DNA of 64,000 nt from Octopus vulgaris (GCA_951406725.2 OX597826.1:74090001-74154000), one strand, 5' to 3'; positions 1-12,985 are shown, counted from the first letter of the stretch. Program-made: numbers and translations. Notes: generated from the letters alone by a model not told the origin.

Positions 1-436
1 GATATTTATGGTCTACACATGCATTGAGACTCAAGGAAGAATCTCTGATAATGCTGCTTTGGAATCTGGAACCACAGGGACTCTGTAATGGCACACGACT
101 GGTTGTAAAAAAAAAAAATCTACCCCATGTCATTGAAGTGACCGTTTTAATGGGATGTGGACAAGGGAACAGCATATTCATTCCAAGAATTCCCCCTCAT
201 TCCATCAGGAGCGGACATTCCCTTTTCATTTCAGAGACTCTAATTCCCAATCCGTGTCAGCTTTGCAATGTCCATCAACAAGTTCCAAGGCCAAACTCTA
301 TCTGTGGCTGGCCTTCTTTTGGAAGAGTCACGTTTTTCACATGGATGGAGAACTGTATGTTGGCTGTTCAAGAGTGGGGAGCATGATGGACCTTTTTGCC
401 TTTGCCAAAAACGGGAAAACACGGAACATTGTGTAG
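1..436 (+). mobile_element. Helitron RepHel C-terminal PIF1-like helicase fragment (frameshifted)
   Basis: Across frames: IMLLWNL..GLCNGTRLVV, IFIPRIP, FAMSINKFQGQTL, ELYVGCSRVGS, TRNIV*. These are the typical C-terminal motifs of the Helitron PIF1 helicase. Several frameshifts; runs off the left edge. Confidence 0.85.
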
Positions 437-792
437 AAGGAGGTGCTGCAATCGCAGCAACAAAGAGAAAAAGGGTCAGTGCTTCCTGTTTCTTGAACAT
501 TCGTATTACAATTGTTCATCGCTGCATGCCTATCATTTGACATTTTAGATAAAGGGACAAGAGGGCATAGCCTCGATTGGTTGAGAAAAGAAGACACTGC
601 TTCACGGTCTACTTTCCGGACCACAGACGATAGGGATAGACTCGATACCAAAGACTGTAGGGGTAGACTCGATCACGGGCAATGCCAGGATTTATATACT
701 ATATCTATATAGTTATTGTAATTTCAGTTCATTTAGGATCACGGTGTATTTTTTTTTTTGCCATGAAATTTTAGCAATAACGATGCATAATA

Positions 793-1197
793 GGCGCAGG
801 AGTGGCTGTTGTGGTAAGTAGCTTGCTAACCAACCACATGGTTCCGGGTTCAGTCCCACTGCGTGGCATCTTGGGCAAGTGTCTTCTGCTATAGCCCCGG
901 GCCGACCAATGCCTTGTGAGTGGATTTGGTAGACGGAAACTGCAAGAAGCCTGTCGTATATATGTATATATATATATATGTGTGTGTGTGTGTTTGTGTG
1001 TCTGTGTTTGTCCCCCTAGCATTGCTTGACAACCGATGCTGGTGTGTTTACGTCCCCGTCACTTAGCGGTTCGGCAAAAAGAGACCGATAGAATAAGTAC
1101 TGGGCTAACAAAGAATAAGTCCCGGGGTCGATTAGCTCGACTAAAGGCGGTGCTCCAGCATGGCCGCAGTCAAATGACTGAAACAGGTAAAAGAGAG
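793..1197 (+). mobile_element. tRNA-derived SINE, family A (CORE-like), full-length copy
   Basis: GGCGCAGGAGTGGCTG..GGTAAG (A-box) and GGTTCAGTCCC (B-box), CTTGGGCAAGT core-like segment, internal (TA)(TG) tract, AAAAGAG tail. Near-identical copies occur throughout the window. Confidence 0.9.
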
Positions 1198-1755
1198 GAT
1201 AATGCAAAAGAATATATTTATGTTATCCCCAAAACTCTTCAGGTGGAGCTGGCTGGAGTGACAATTCTTTAGGTGGTTATTCTAAATCGACGATTCTTCA
1301 GGTAATACGAAATGAGAAAACATGTTGAAGATTACATCAATAAAACCAACGGTATATCGACTGGAAACATAAAGTGGGGAAAATACCAAAACCGGTGCCC
1401 GAAATAAAAAAGTAAACACCGGCGTCAAAATACATACTTTAATCGTAACTGGTCCTCCGTCGGTTACGACGACGAGTGTTCCAGTTGATCCCGATCAACG
1501 GAGCAGCCTGCTCGTGAAATTAAAGTGCAAGTGGCTGAGTACTCCACAGACAGTGCAATGCAGAATGTGACAAGGTTGGCCCCTTTGAATTACAGGTACA
1601 ACTCGCTTTTACCAGCCGAGTGGACTGGAGCAATGTGAAATAAAGTGTCTTGCTCAAGGATACAATTTTAATTGTATGCTTAATATAATACCAAACAACA
1701 ACACAATTACACATCAAAGGCAGGCATCGATCAAAGGTACAACAGTACACAACTA

Positions 1756-1979
1756 TCTGGCAGAATCGTTAGCACGCCGGGCGAAATGCTTAGCGGTATT
1801 TCGTCCGTCTTCACGTTCTGAGTTCAAATTCCGCCGAGGTCGACTTTGCCTTTCATCCTTTCTGGGTCGATAAATTAAGTACCAGTTACGCACTGGGGTC
1901 GATATAATCGCCTTAATACCTATGTCTGTTCTTGTTTGCCCCCTCTATGTTTAGCCCCTTGTGGGTAATAAAGAAATAG
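1756..1979 (+). mobile_element. tRNA-derived SINE, family B (Meta-domain-like)
   Basis: CTGGCAGAATCGTTAGC...GAGTTCAAATTCC head followed by GCCTTTCATCCTTTC.GGGTCGATAAATTAAGTACCAG. Many copies, e.g. 11110-11706, 24800-25304, 38955-39165, 53875-54107, 55873-56101. Confidence 0.85.
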
Positions 1980-2021
1980 ATATGCTACTGTATACGGCCC
2001 CTTCTATAAATATCTGAGGCA

Positions 2022-2237
2022 TTCTTTCTATATAACTCGACAAAATCAAAAGATTTCACCGGGTATTTCCGTGGGTTTGGGAGTAAAGATATAACGAAAT
2101 TATGCCAGCAATGGCATAATTTTCTGCTTGGAAATCCGCAAATTTCCAAGCAGAAAACAGAATCGAACTGTCATTTGCTTCCACGGAAATACCCCGAAGT
2201 GGAAATGTTTTGATTTTGTCGAGTTATATCGAAAGAA
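2022..2237. mobile_element. Foldback/MITE-like element in TAF7 intron 1
   Basis: 30-bp terminal inverted repeat TTCTTTCTATATAACTCGACAAAATCAAAA (1 mismatch), internal IR GGGTATTTCCGTGG/CCACGGAAATACCC, and central hairpin TTTTCTGCTTGGAAAT/ATTTCCAAGCAGAAAA. Confidence 0.7.
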
Positions 2238-2550
2238 AGCCATATCTCTGATAACTAGATGAATTAAACTGAACAGAGACTAGAAAGCACACAGAAAAGG
2301 CTTATAATATTTCTATAAGACATCAAAAATTCAAATGGAATTATAATCAAAGATTCTCTTAGATTCTCTTTTAATGGGACGAGCTCCCGAATCAAATACT
2401 GTAGCTATATTGCACAGAAACATTTTAGATCGTTTCCGAAAGACTCATCCGACCAACTGACAACCTTTTACTTACCAATTCCACAACAATATTAGGGAAA
2501 CAATAAAGACTAGCAAATCAAAAACATATTATGCAATGCGAGTTATTTAC

Positions 2551-2673
2551 CGGCGGCAGTCTCAGAATGAAATGTTGTTCCAAATCAAAAGCAGATTCTG
2601 TAGCGTTTTCCTTTTTCTTCAGGCTGGGTTTGGCAGAAGTCGATCCTCCGACCTTTATGTTTACTCCGACCAT
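2551..2673 (-). CDS. TAF7: TFIID subunit 7 (TAF7/TAFII55), first coding exon; no further exon recognised in the window, so the rest probably lies to the left
   Basis: ATG at 2673; 41 codons MVGVNIKVGGSTSAKPSLKKKENATESAFDLEQHFILRLPP followed by donor GTAAAT. DLEQHFILRLPP matches the conserved TAF7 N-terminal ELESQFILRLPP motif. Confidence 0.85.
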
Positions 2674-2809
2674 TTTGCAATGAAATAAACCCCGCAAAAT
2701 GCGAAATTGTCTCAGAAAGTAGAGAGTGACAAATCAGTTCCCTCCCCTTGGTTAATTCTCGTTTCTCTTATCACGCGCTGAACTGCTCAGCGCACTGACG
2801 TTCTCTTAC

Positions 2810-3352
2810 TCTCTCTCTTTTACTCTCTTTTACTTCTTTCAGTCATTTGACTGCGGCCATGCTGGAGCACCGCCTTTTAGTCGAGCAAATCGACCCCGGG
2901 ACTTATTCTTTGTAAGCCCAGTACTTATTCTATCGGTCTCTCTTTTGCCGAACCGCTAAGTGACGGGGACGTAAACACACCAGCATCGATTGTCAAGCAA
3001 TGCTAGGGGGACAAACACAACACACACACACACACACATATATATACGACTTTGCCTTTCATCCTCTCGGGGTCGATAAATAAAGTACCAGTTACACACT
3101 GGGTTGATGTAATCGACTTAATCCGTTTGTCTGTCCTTGTTTGTCCCCTCTATGTTTAGCCCCTTGTGGGTAGTAAAGAAATATATATACGACAGGCTTC
3201 TTTCAGTTTCCGTCTACCAAATCCACTCACAAGGCATTGGTCGGCCCGGGGCTATAGCAGAAGACACTTGCCCAAGATGCCACGCAGTGGGACTGAACCC
3301 GGAACCATGTGGTTGGTTAGCAAGCTACTTACCACACAGCCACTCCTGCGCC
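2810..3352 (-). mobile_element. SINE A copy interrupted by a SINE B fragment (about 3048-3180)
   Basis: Reverse complement of 793-1197, with a family B segment nested in its TA tract. Confidence 0.8.
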
Positions 3353-3599
3353 TGTGTTTTATGTTCTGCTAATGTTTATTGCGCTCACTGGTAAACTGCG
3401 GCCCTCGGGTCCAATGATCCTACGGGATTTGCTGAAAGGCACGCCTGGTGAAATTTTATCTTGAATTTCTTCTTAGGGCGATCCTTCGGTATAGGTACAC
3501 ACGTGACTTTGTTTACATTTCTGAAGATAACAGAAACCCTTTTCTCCCCCCCCCCCCCTAACCCTACCCCCATATATAAAAAAAAAACTTTCTTGAAAT

Positions 3600-3690
3600 G
3601 TATCCGGTACTTCCGGTACTTATACCGAAGTTACGCCCTTTTTGGTTGTGCGGCTCGCCTGAGAATGATCCATGTCCCACACGCCGGTAC
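3600..3690. promoter_or_regulatory. CpG-rich unique segment with ETS-like CTTCCGG/TCCGGTAC motifs about 0.9 kb upstream of TAF7
   Basis: TATCCGGTACTTCCGGTACT and high local CpG content in a CpG-poor background. Function is inferred only. Confidence 0.3.
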
Positions 3691-3694
3691 TACT

Positions 3695-3896
3695 TGAGAA
3701 CAGTGGTCCCGGTGCGCGCACTCGCGTACTCGCGCATCCGCGCTAGCTAGTCATGACTAGTCGATCCTTACTTTGTGTTAAAAAAATTTATTTATTTTGT
3801 GTTTTATTTACTTTGCTAGGTAGTCGTTGTAGGATCAACTAGTCACGACTAGCTTGCGCGACTACGCGAGTGCGCGCACCGGGACCACTGTTCTCA
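3695..3896. mobile_element. GC-rich MITE-like inverted repeat
   Basis: TGAGAACAGTGGTCCCGGTGCGCGCACTCGCGTA...TACGCGAGTGCGCGCACCGGGACCACTGTTCTCA is a perfect 34-bp IR that extends imperfectly inward around an AT-rich centre. Confidence 0.7.
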
Positions 3897-4344
3897 CACG
3901 CCTGCTTCTCGAGAAGGGTTGCATGATCCTAGTTAATATTATGTACATAGACTGTCTGTCAATAATCTGGCAGAATCGTTATCACGCTGGTCAAAATGCT
4001 TAGCGACATTTCTTACGTTCTGAGTTCAAATATAGGCGAGGTCGACTTTGATTTTCGGGGTCAATAAAATACGTACCAGTTCATCACTGGGCTTGATGTA
4101 ATCAACTTAACCCCTGCTCTGAAATTGCTGGCATTTTTCCTCATTCTTTTCATTTTTTTGTCCCCCACCTTATCCTTTTCCTTTCTCATGGAGTATGAGA
4201 CTTAACCAGACAACTGTTTCAAAACTTCACCCATGTATTTAAATACATACATTATTTCTATCAATGTATTTATATACACACTTACTGCTATGTTACAGGG
4301 AGGTAAACAAACCAATACTGGTTGTTATGCAGTGGAGTATAGAA

Positions 4345-4530
4345 CAATCATCATCATCATTGTTCGACCGTGGTCGAGACAATGGAATTTACCATGTTGC
4401 GCCAGACTTCACGGTCCATCATAGCATTACGGAGGTCCTGTTGCTGGATGCCTGTATCCCTGGAGATTACATCAGGGTAGGAGAGTGTGCGCCCTCTGGT
4501 GTTGCGAGTAGATGGCTTCCAGAGCAAACA
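4345..4530 (-). mobile_element. RTE-type LINE 3' end fragment
   Basis: LLWKPSTRNTRGRTLSYPDVISRDTG...MMDREVWRNMV* followed by a (GAT)n tail. Confidence 0.7.
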
Positions 4531-4715
4531 TAGAACAAACATAGACACAAAGACACACACACACACATACACAATGAGCTTCCACACAGTTTCCAGCAAC
4601 CAAATTTACATTGGTCAGTCCAGGGTTATTAGTAGAAGAAACTTGTTCAAGATAACTATACAGTGGGCTTGAACCCAAAACCACATGGTTGCAAAGCAAA
4701 CTTCTTAACCACACG

Positions 4716-5106
4716 AGTTGCTGTGTGGTAATTAGCTTGTTTACCAACCACATGGTTCCGGGTTCAGTCCCACTGCATGGCACCTTGGGCAAGTGTCTTC
4801 TACTATAGCCTCGGGCCGACCAAAGCCTTGTGAGTGGATTTGGTAGACGGAAACTGAAGCGAAGCCCGTCGTATATATGTATATATATCTATGTGCATGT
4901 ATGTTTGTGTGTCTGTGTTTGTCCTCCTAGCATTGCTTGACAACTGATGCTGGTGTGTTTACGTCCCCGTTACTTAGCGGTTCGGCAAAAGAGACCGATA
5001 GAATAAGTACTGGGCTTACAAAAGAATAAATCTCGGGGTCGAGTTGCTCGATTAAAGGCGGTGCTCCAGCATGGCCGCAGTCAGATGACTGAAACAAGTA
5101 AAAGAG
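4716..5106 (+). mobile_element. SINE A
   Basis: Matches 793-1197; lies head-to-head with an older copy at about 4530-4715. Confidence 0.85.
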
Positions 5107-5699
5107 TATATGTAGTATGAAAGTAGAAGCCACATGAACAGAAAATGAGAACGGCCCTTATAAATATGAGTGGTTTTAAATGAGAGTGGTTTTATCTGCA
5201 AAGGGTTACAATAACACCGATTGAGGGCTGGAGGGTTGGTGGATTCTGCAAAATTAGTAGTGCTTTCTTGGCGAATTACATGAAGGCTCAGCTATAATTT
5301 TGGAAGTGAAGTTTTCAAGCTGTGTGATGCATAAAGATATCCTTGTTTTCTTGATTGTTGTCTTGTAGGTTTATGGTGGTAGGTAAACACCTCTCAGCTG
5401 GGGTTTGTGGGTGATTTCCTCCAGGTGTTGTAAACAATATTCCTTGCCAGTACAGATATAAGCATACAGTTTGAGGGTTTGGGGGTTGTGTAGGAGTAAG
5501 GTGCCTAGCTATAAAGGATCTGTCAGCTGCTCTGAAAATGGATGCAACATTGGATTGTTATTTTATTGTTTGCATTAGAACCGTATCAAACTCTTTGAAT
5601 GGAATGATGCAGGCTAAAATTAGTTGTGTTAGACTGAATAGAGAACATAGAAATGGTAGATGAGTCGATAAAGAACATGTGTATTGCTTATTGTTTGTT

Positions 5700-6005
5700 T
5701 GTTAGTTAGTTAGTTAATTTTTGGCTCAAAAAGCAAAAAGCAAGGCCATGTAGGGGGACATGGAGTTATGTACAGGGTGGTGTTCATGTAAAGAGTTCAG
5801 GCCACTTGAGGTCAAGGGAGACTTTGAACAAAGCAGTCGTCGGCATCTTCACCATCTCGTCTGGCAGCTTGTTCCACGGATCCGCAACCCGGACGGAGAA
5901 AGCCCCTCTCCTTCGATTGAAATGAAATCGTCGCAGATAGAGCTTTTGGAATGACCCCGCAGCCGATGCTCTGGAGCAGGAGTGAAGAACAGCTCTTTCG
6001 AGAGG
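5700..6005 (-). mobile_element. CR1/L2-type LINE 3' end fragment
   Basis: RLRGHS..KLYLRRFHFNRRRGAFSVRVADPWNKLPDEMVKMPTTALFKVSLD is the typical CR1 C-terminus; (AACT)n tail. Confidence 0.8.
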
Positions 6006-6199
6006 TTTGTGTGTGCATTCACACACATGTATCTTTTACTTGTTTCAGTCATTAGACTGTGGCCATGCTGGGGCACCACCTTGAAGGATTTATAGTCAAA
6101 TGAATTGACCCCAGTACTTACTGGTACTAATTCTGTTGGTTCTTTTGCCAAACTGCTAAGTCACAGGGATGTAAACACACCAACACAAACATGCATACA

Positions 6200-7135
6200 T
6201 GATGACGGCCGTCCACTCATGACTGAGAAAGACCATTGCTGACCTTTAGGAACATTGTGTGCTCAAGGACTAACTTATATTTTGCATTCACTGCTCTGTT
6301 GGTGGCTAATGAGCCCTGCTCTTGACAAGTATACATGACTTCAAACATTGCAGACCAAGCTTTCCCCATTCACTAGACTTGCAGCGCGTTTTCAAGCAGC
6401 ATGCTCAAATTCTTCATACAGAATATATGCTCTCTCAAAGGTGTCAACCCTCTCCTTAACCTGCTTCCACCATCTGTGGTGATGACAGGCATTGCTCTCC
6501 CAGTTGGTCTCCTGCATATCACAGGCCTTCAATGAGGACTTGACACAGTCCTTAACCCTTTAGTGTTTAAACCGGCCATATCCGGCCAAAATATTCTACC
6601 TATTTTATGTTCAAACTGGCCAGATGTGGTCATTCATAGCTACCTTATTGTGTCATTTTAAAAATAAACAATCACATCATTGAAATCTCAAAGCCATGAA
6701 ATGATACAAGATTAATTTTACATGGTGTGAATACATAAACTTTACAATGAGGACTTGACACAGTCCTTAAACTGCAGTCTTTGTTTCTGTCGGGGTCTCT
6801 TTACACTATCAATTTACCCGTATAGCATCTCTTTAGGATCCTGCTATCCTTCATTCTAATAAGGTGTCCAGTCCAATGTAGCTGGTGCTTGTGCACCATT
6901 ACCTCAATACTCAAGATATCAGCTTTCCTCAGGACCTGTGTATCTGGAGTTTTTAAGGTCCAGCCAACATTCAGAATGTGTCTCAGACATCTCTGATGAA
7001 AGCATTCAAGGACACTTACATGACGTTTGTAAAGGGTCCATGTCTCACATGAGTGATGTCAGTACACATGTACGGTACACAGCAATTTGTGCTTGCCTTG
7101 TGATGCCATACTGGGACCACACACAAAACTGAAGA
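6200..7135 (-). mobile_element. Decayed RTE (BovB-like) LINE fragment, interrupted by a piggyBac-like MITE piece (about 6553-6745)
   Basis: Minus strand reads WTGHLIRMKDSRIL and LQFKDCVKSSL. Duplicated CAATGAGGACTTGACACAGTCCTTAA flanks a TTAACCCTTT-starting insert. Confidence 0.6.
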
Positions 7136-7224
7136 GACATGCCTACATACATCTCTTATGATAAAAGGCAGATTTTCTCTGCCTGTGACTATGTTTCTTT
7201 TTAATACAATTGTACAATATAGAA

Positions 7225-7680
7225 TTCTTCAATTGGAATTTACCTATGATTTTTCGAAGTAGATTCGATTGGGTCATGGCATATAAATTTTTTTCAATTT
7301 GACCCACAATTAAGCAAAAATTCGAGAAAACTAAATATTTTACGATTTCCCTCTCTCATTTCAAGTGCTTCACTCCTTCTATTACCACACTTTCTCCTAC
7401 TTTCTCTTTGCAAGTGTACCTTAAACCACTACTCAAAAAAAATACAGAGGAAACAGAAACAAATAAATACATAACGATTTACTCCTCACACAATTTCTTC
7501 AATTGGAATTTACCTATGATTTTTCGAAGTATATTCAATTGGGTCATGGCATATAAATTTCTTTCAATTTGACCCCCCAATTAAGCAAAAATTCGAGAAA
7601 ACTCAATATTTTACGATTTCTCTCTCTCACTTCAAATGCTTTACTCCTTCTATTACCACACTTTCTCCTACTTTCTCTGT
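7225..7680. repeat. Direct duplication of about 185 bp (period about 270 bp)
   Basis: TTCTTCAATTGGAATTTACCTATGATTTTTCGAAGT... starts at both 7225 and 7495. Confidence 0.85.
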
Positions 7681-10463
7681 ACACACATAGACACGCAAAC
7701 ATATACATATATGACAGTAACAAACACAAACGTTTCAAACAACTACATACAAACACTCAAACACACACACACGTGTGTGTTTGTTATTAGTAAAAAAGGC
7801 GCCTAACACAATTCACTTTCTCATTCGAACACATTTGCAAACACACACCAACAATTCACTGACATATGGTGAGTAGATGCTAGCCACTCACATTATGAGT
7901 TACACTATTACACCAATTGTACTGGGACTGTTGTCTACTTCCCGTTAGTTTTTAGTGTCAGGGAAACAATAGTCCAGATGGATAATAAAAAATTAAATTA
8001 AAGAAAAGACTATTGTCTATAAAGTATACAATGTAGAGAAAAAAGAAGATTTGAACACATGGAGGAAAGCACCTTCGAAAAGTGTCTTGGTGCGACTATG
8101 AAAGGTATCTAATCAGAGGTGGTAAATTTGCCACAATAGAAGCAAGGTTTGAGTCAACGGAGCATCAAAGGGAGTACTTCACTCGAACTTGCAAAGTGGA
8201 AATATTTTATTTTTACCTTTATATCTGGGATGTAGGATGTCCCGGAAAAAAATTTTAAATGCCCCCCCAGAAATAGAGGTAGGCTGGATTGTAGCCACAC
8301 TTCTATACAAGAGGGAGGACAAAATACAATTGATCGAAATTACGAGAGACAGGCTAACAATTCCAGTCTGTTATATATTTTGAGTATTGTTATCACTAGC
8401 GATATCAAGATATAACTTTGTATTTTGTATTTTATGTGTAGATGTATATATATAGATGTACATGTAATATGTACGCATATATATACACATATCTACATGC
8501 ACTAGCAAAATGACCCTGCAACGACGGGTCTTTAATGCTAGTATATATATATATGTATATGTGTGTTTGTGTGCCTGTGTTTGTCCCCACAACATCGCTT
8601 GACAACAGATGCTGGTGTGTTTACATCCCCCTAACTTAGCAGTTCAGCAAAAGAGACCGATAGAATAAGTACTAAGCTTACAAAGAATAAGTCCTGGGGT
8701 TGATTTGCTCGACTAAAAGCAGTGCTCCAGCATGGCCACAGTTAAATGACTGAAACAAGTAAAAGAGTATTGTATTATCCCTTTCTCAGTTTTGTCATCA
8801 ATGTTGCCCTTTTCTTTTTTCATAGTTTGTAAAATATTGGGATGCTTCAGAAGGGCTGAAATAGGTAAGAAAGGCCTGTGAACAACTGAGTCATCTAATG
8901 TAGTCTGTTTCACATTCCAATAACCTCTTGTTATTCAGTGAATTCAGTGTTCATGTATGGATAGAATGGGACCATATGTGACGAGCCAAATTGTCAATCA
9001 ACATAGTTTAGGGAAGGAAAACTCAAATAGCATTCTGCTGCTGACTCTGTACACTGAGAAACGACTTGGTAATTCCCAAGCACACTCTTTCAACAAAAAT
9101 ATTGCTTCAAATCAACACTGGGATATTTTTTTTTGTACTTGCTGAGTCTGGTGGGAGGGGCAAAAGCCATGTCCCCTGTAGGCCTCTGAGACTGGTGAGA
9201 TTGATGTGATTAATGTTCTGGTTAAATTATTACAGGTCAATAACTGTAGGAAAGAAACGAATGGAGAACAGATTCCAGAAAGATGATGTTCCAGCAATGA
9301 ATGAATAGGCATAGAGGTTAGAGCTGGGAAAGGTGGGTTTGGATGCTTCAAGGGTGCTGAGAGGGAGAGAAGCATGTGAGTTGGGATGCCTGAGTGGTGG
9401 AGGTATGCAAATGGCCACCTCCAAGGAACAGAGACTGTTTTTGTAGAGACAGAAAAGACAGTGAGAGGAGACAACATGTCTGCAATTAAAAAGTGGAAAT
9501 GTGTCTGTTGTGATGGAATGCCAATGAGATGAGTGGTCTTTTCTGGATACAATCCAGGATGTCAGTGTATGTAGCAGCACTGTCACAGATGGGAGAGTAT
9601 TCCATTGTGGGCCACACTTGAACCCTGTAGAGTGTCAGCAGTTGTTGGGGACTGAAACCAGCCTGGAGAAAGGCAAATTAAATGATGATGATAATGACGA
9701 TGATGACGATATACATACATATATATACATAGATATATATCATCATCTAATCATCTTTTAATGTCTGTTTTTCATGCTGGAAAGTGTTGGACAGTTTGAT
9801 AGGAATTGGTCAGCTTGAGGGCTTCCTGGGCTCCATTTGTCTTCTTTTTGGCATGGTTTCTATGGGCGGATACCTAAGGCACAAGCTGTGTAGTAAGAAC
9901 TTTGCTCCCCAGCGACATGGTTTTGTGAGGCACTTTAGACAAGTGTCTTCTAATATAGCTCTGAGCCAACCAAAGTCTTGTGAGTGGATTTGGGAGACAG
10001 AACCTGAAAGAAACCTCTGTGTGTGTGTGTGTGTGCATGCATGCATGTGTGTGTCTCCTTGCCTTGACATCTCGTGACAGTTGTAAGCAAGAAGTCATGC
10101 AAGAAGTAGTCTTTATTTCCAAACTTGTGTGAAGACAAGCCTGGTCAATAAAATATTATCTTACTTGGAAATAGGTGAGAGTTGGGGCTATAATAGAAGA
10201 CACTTGCTCAAGACACCGCACAGTGGAACAGAACTCAGGGCCAAGTGGTTGAGAAGCAAGACTTCTTACCATACAGCCATGCCTATGTGACATAAATGGA
10301 ATGAAATATTCAATTGTCTTTGACTGGAAATTGAAACTGGTTTGAAGTCTCGGCTTATTTGCAGCTTACATCTCTGCTCCACAACAGTCTACTCTAATAT
10401 ACATACAAGATATTGGTTTGAAATTTTAGCACAAGGTCAGCCATTTCAGAGGATGAGAAACTT

Positions 10464-10920
10464 GGTGACTGGCATCCGTTGCTAGTGGAGCACTAAGAGT
10501 ACCATACGAGTGAGATCGTTGCCAGAGCAACGAGCTGGCCTTCGTGCCGATGGCACGTTTAAGCACACCATTCGAGCGCGATCGTTACCGCGTCGCCTTA
10601 CTAGCACTTGTGCTGGTGGCACGTGAAACATTCGAGCGAGGTCGTCGCCAGTGCCGCTGGACTGGCTCCTGTGCAGGTGGCACATAAAAAAGCACCATTT
10701 GGACGTGGCCGTTGCCAGTACCACCAAACTGGCCCTCGTACCGGTGGCACGTAAAAGCATCCACTACACTCTCGGAGCGGTTGGCGTTAGGAAGGGCATC
10801 CAGCTGTAGAAACTCTGCCAGATCAGAATGGAGTCTGGTTCGCCAGACCTCAGTCAAATCGTCCAACCCATGCTTGCATGGAAAGCGGATGATAAATGAT
10901 GATGATGATGATGATGATGA
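10464..10920 (+). mobile_element. Interspersed repeat family C with internal ~60-bp AAAAGCACC/GTGGCAC subrepeats and a (GAT)n tail (RTE-mobilised SINE-like)
   Basis: Shared 3' block GGTTGGCGTTAGGAAGGGCATCCAGCTGTAGAAAC...TCCAACCCATGCTAGCATGGAAA. Other copies at 15970-16230, 20048-20293, 21180-21585, 27958-28273, 37658-38070, 40595-40860 and 43661-44120. Confidence 0.8.
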
Positions 10921-11109
10921 TCCTAATGCTCAACTGGTATTATTTTATTGACCCTGAAAGAATAAAGGGAAAAGTCCACCTTGGCAGAATTTGAATTCGG
11001 AACATAAAGATGGACGAAATGCCACAAAGCATTTTGCCCAGTGAGCTAATGGTTCTGCCAGCTTGCCGTCTTAACACATACATGATATTGATACTTGAAT
11101 AGTAGTAAA

Positions 11110-11706
11110 TATGTATTTCTTTACTGCCCATAAGGGGCTAAACATAGAAGAGACAAACAAGGACAGACAAAGGGATTAAGTGGATTACATTGACCCCAAT
11201 GTGAAACTGGTACTTTATTTATCGACCCCGAAAGGATGAAAGGCAAAGTCGACCTCGGCGGAATTTGAACTTAAAACGTAACAACAGACGAAATACCTAT
11301 TTCTTTACTACCCACAAGGGGCTAAACACAGAGGGGACAAACAAGGACAGACAAATGGATTAAGTCGATTATATCGACCCCAGTGCGAAACTGGTACTTT
11401 ATTTATCGATCCTGAAAGGATGAAAGGCAAAGTCGACCTCGGCGGAATTTGAACTTAAAACGTAACAACAGACGAAATGCCTATTTCTTTACTACCCACA
11501 AGGGGCTAAACACAGAGGGGACAAACAAGGACAGACAAATGGATTAAGTCGATTATATCGACCCCAGTGCGAAACTTGTACTTTATTTATCGACCCCGAA
11601 AGGATGAAAGACAAAGTAGATCTCGGCGGAATTTGAACTCAGAACGTAATGGCAGACGAAATACTGCTAAGCATTTCGCCCGGCGCGCTAACGCTTCTGC
11701 CAGCTC
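11110..11706 (-). repeat. Tandem trimer of SINE B (period about 184 bp)
   Basis: TATTTCTTTACTACCCACAAGGGGCTAAACAC...GACGAAATAC is repeated three times; only the last copy has the full tRNA head. Confidence 0.85.
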
Positions 11707-12439
11707 GACACTGTATATATGTATATATATGTTTTCATAATTCTTCAGGTTCCCAAGATCCCCCCTTCCTCTGCTTCCGTTGTCTTCTTCTCAAGTATCT
11801 GTTTCTCATGCTTCCCCCCAAAAGCCTGCTTTTTTCATAATTCAGGCAACCTACACAGAGTATAAATGTGTTGATGCAATAATTTCACCTGCCATACGGT
11901 GGTATTACCTACATCCCCTAAAAATATAGGTATTTCTAGTAGATTATCGTTGTAACATCTGTTCTCGAAGTACAAACTATAATGACATGCCAAAAGAAAT
12001 CAAATTGAGTAAAACATTGAGCCAAACAATGTCAAGATTAATCTTCAGTTGTAACACTTTCCCCATAAACAACACAACAAATCTCTATAATTCAAGAAAT
12101 GGGGGAAATATCTCATAACTGCTTTAGAATGAGTTTTGAAAAGAGAATAAAAAGATGAATGGTAAGTAAATGTAGCAGATAGACAGTATTTTTTCAGTGA
12201 AAAGTGAAAAAAAGTAATTGAATAATGAGGTGGCAAAGTTGAAAAAAATCCCCCACGAAGTGTTCTAGCAGAAATTCTTTGAGTTGATATATTAGTGAAA
12301 ACTTTTACGGACTGCTTCCATCCGAAATGGAACTTCCAGTTGACATTTTGTTCAGTGTTTAAAATATTTTTGTTGTTGTTGTTGTTGCTGATATGATGAA
12401 GAAAAAGCCGTGGTTAGTTTTACAGCTGCTGCTTTTAGT

Positions 12440-12510
12440 GCTATCCATCTCAATATACACATGCATACATACATTTACATATATAAAAATTTATATATAT
12501 ACATATACAT

Positions 12511-12606
<96 letters not shown>

Positions 12607-12685
12607 TTATATATATGTATGTGTGTGAATATATATATATATATATATGTATATATGCATGTATATATATATATATACATACATT

Positions 12686-12739
<54 letters not shown>

Positions 12740-12799
12740 TATATATATTACATATATATATGCACACACACATATATATATACATATATATATGCACAT

Positions 12800-12856
<57 letters not shown>

Positions 12857-12870
12857 CATATATATATATA
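12440..12870. repeat. (TA)n/(TG)n/(CA)n microsatellite block
   Basis: Direct reading; it explains the YI/CV-rich ORFs. Confidence 0.95.
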
Positions 12871-12933
12871 AATTTTATTTCATAATGAGATAAAAAACCA
12901 AGGCTGTGTAGATTTTAGAACATTTATAAATAG

Positions 12934-12985
12934 GTCTTACAGCTGTTTCCAGGGTATTTATTTATTATATCCCTTCATCGGAGAC
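12934..12985 (-). ncRNA. Minimal type I hammerhead ribozyme-like motif, family HH-A (U4C core)
   Basis: Minus strand: GUCU [CCGAUGA] AGGG..CCCU g [GAA] ACAGCUGU A AGAC. Stem I GUCU/AGAC, palindromic stem III ACAGCUGU, GUA cleavage triplet. Confidence 0.6.

Noticed and set aside
8826-8864. 39-nt plus-strand micro-exon (catag|...|gtaaga)
   Set aside because: Good splice signals but no partner exons or recognisable peptide; could be chance.
12393-12893. YI/CV/HT-rich ORFs (also at 22.4-23.1, 25.8-26.1 and 60.5-60.8 kb)
   Set aside because: Di- and tetranucleotide microsatellites.
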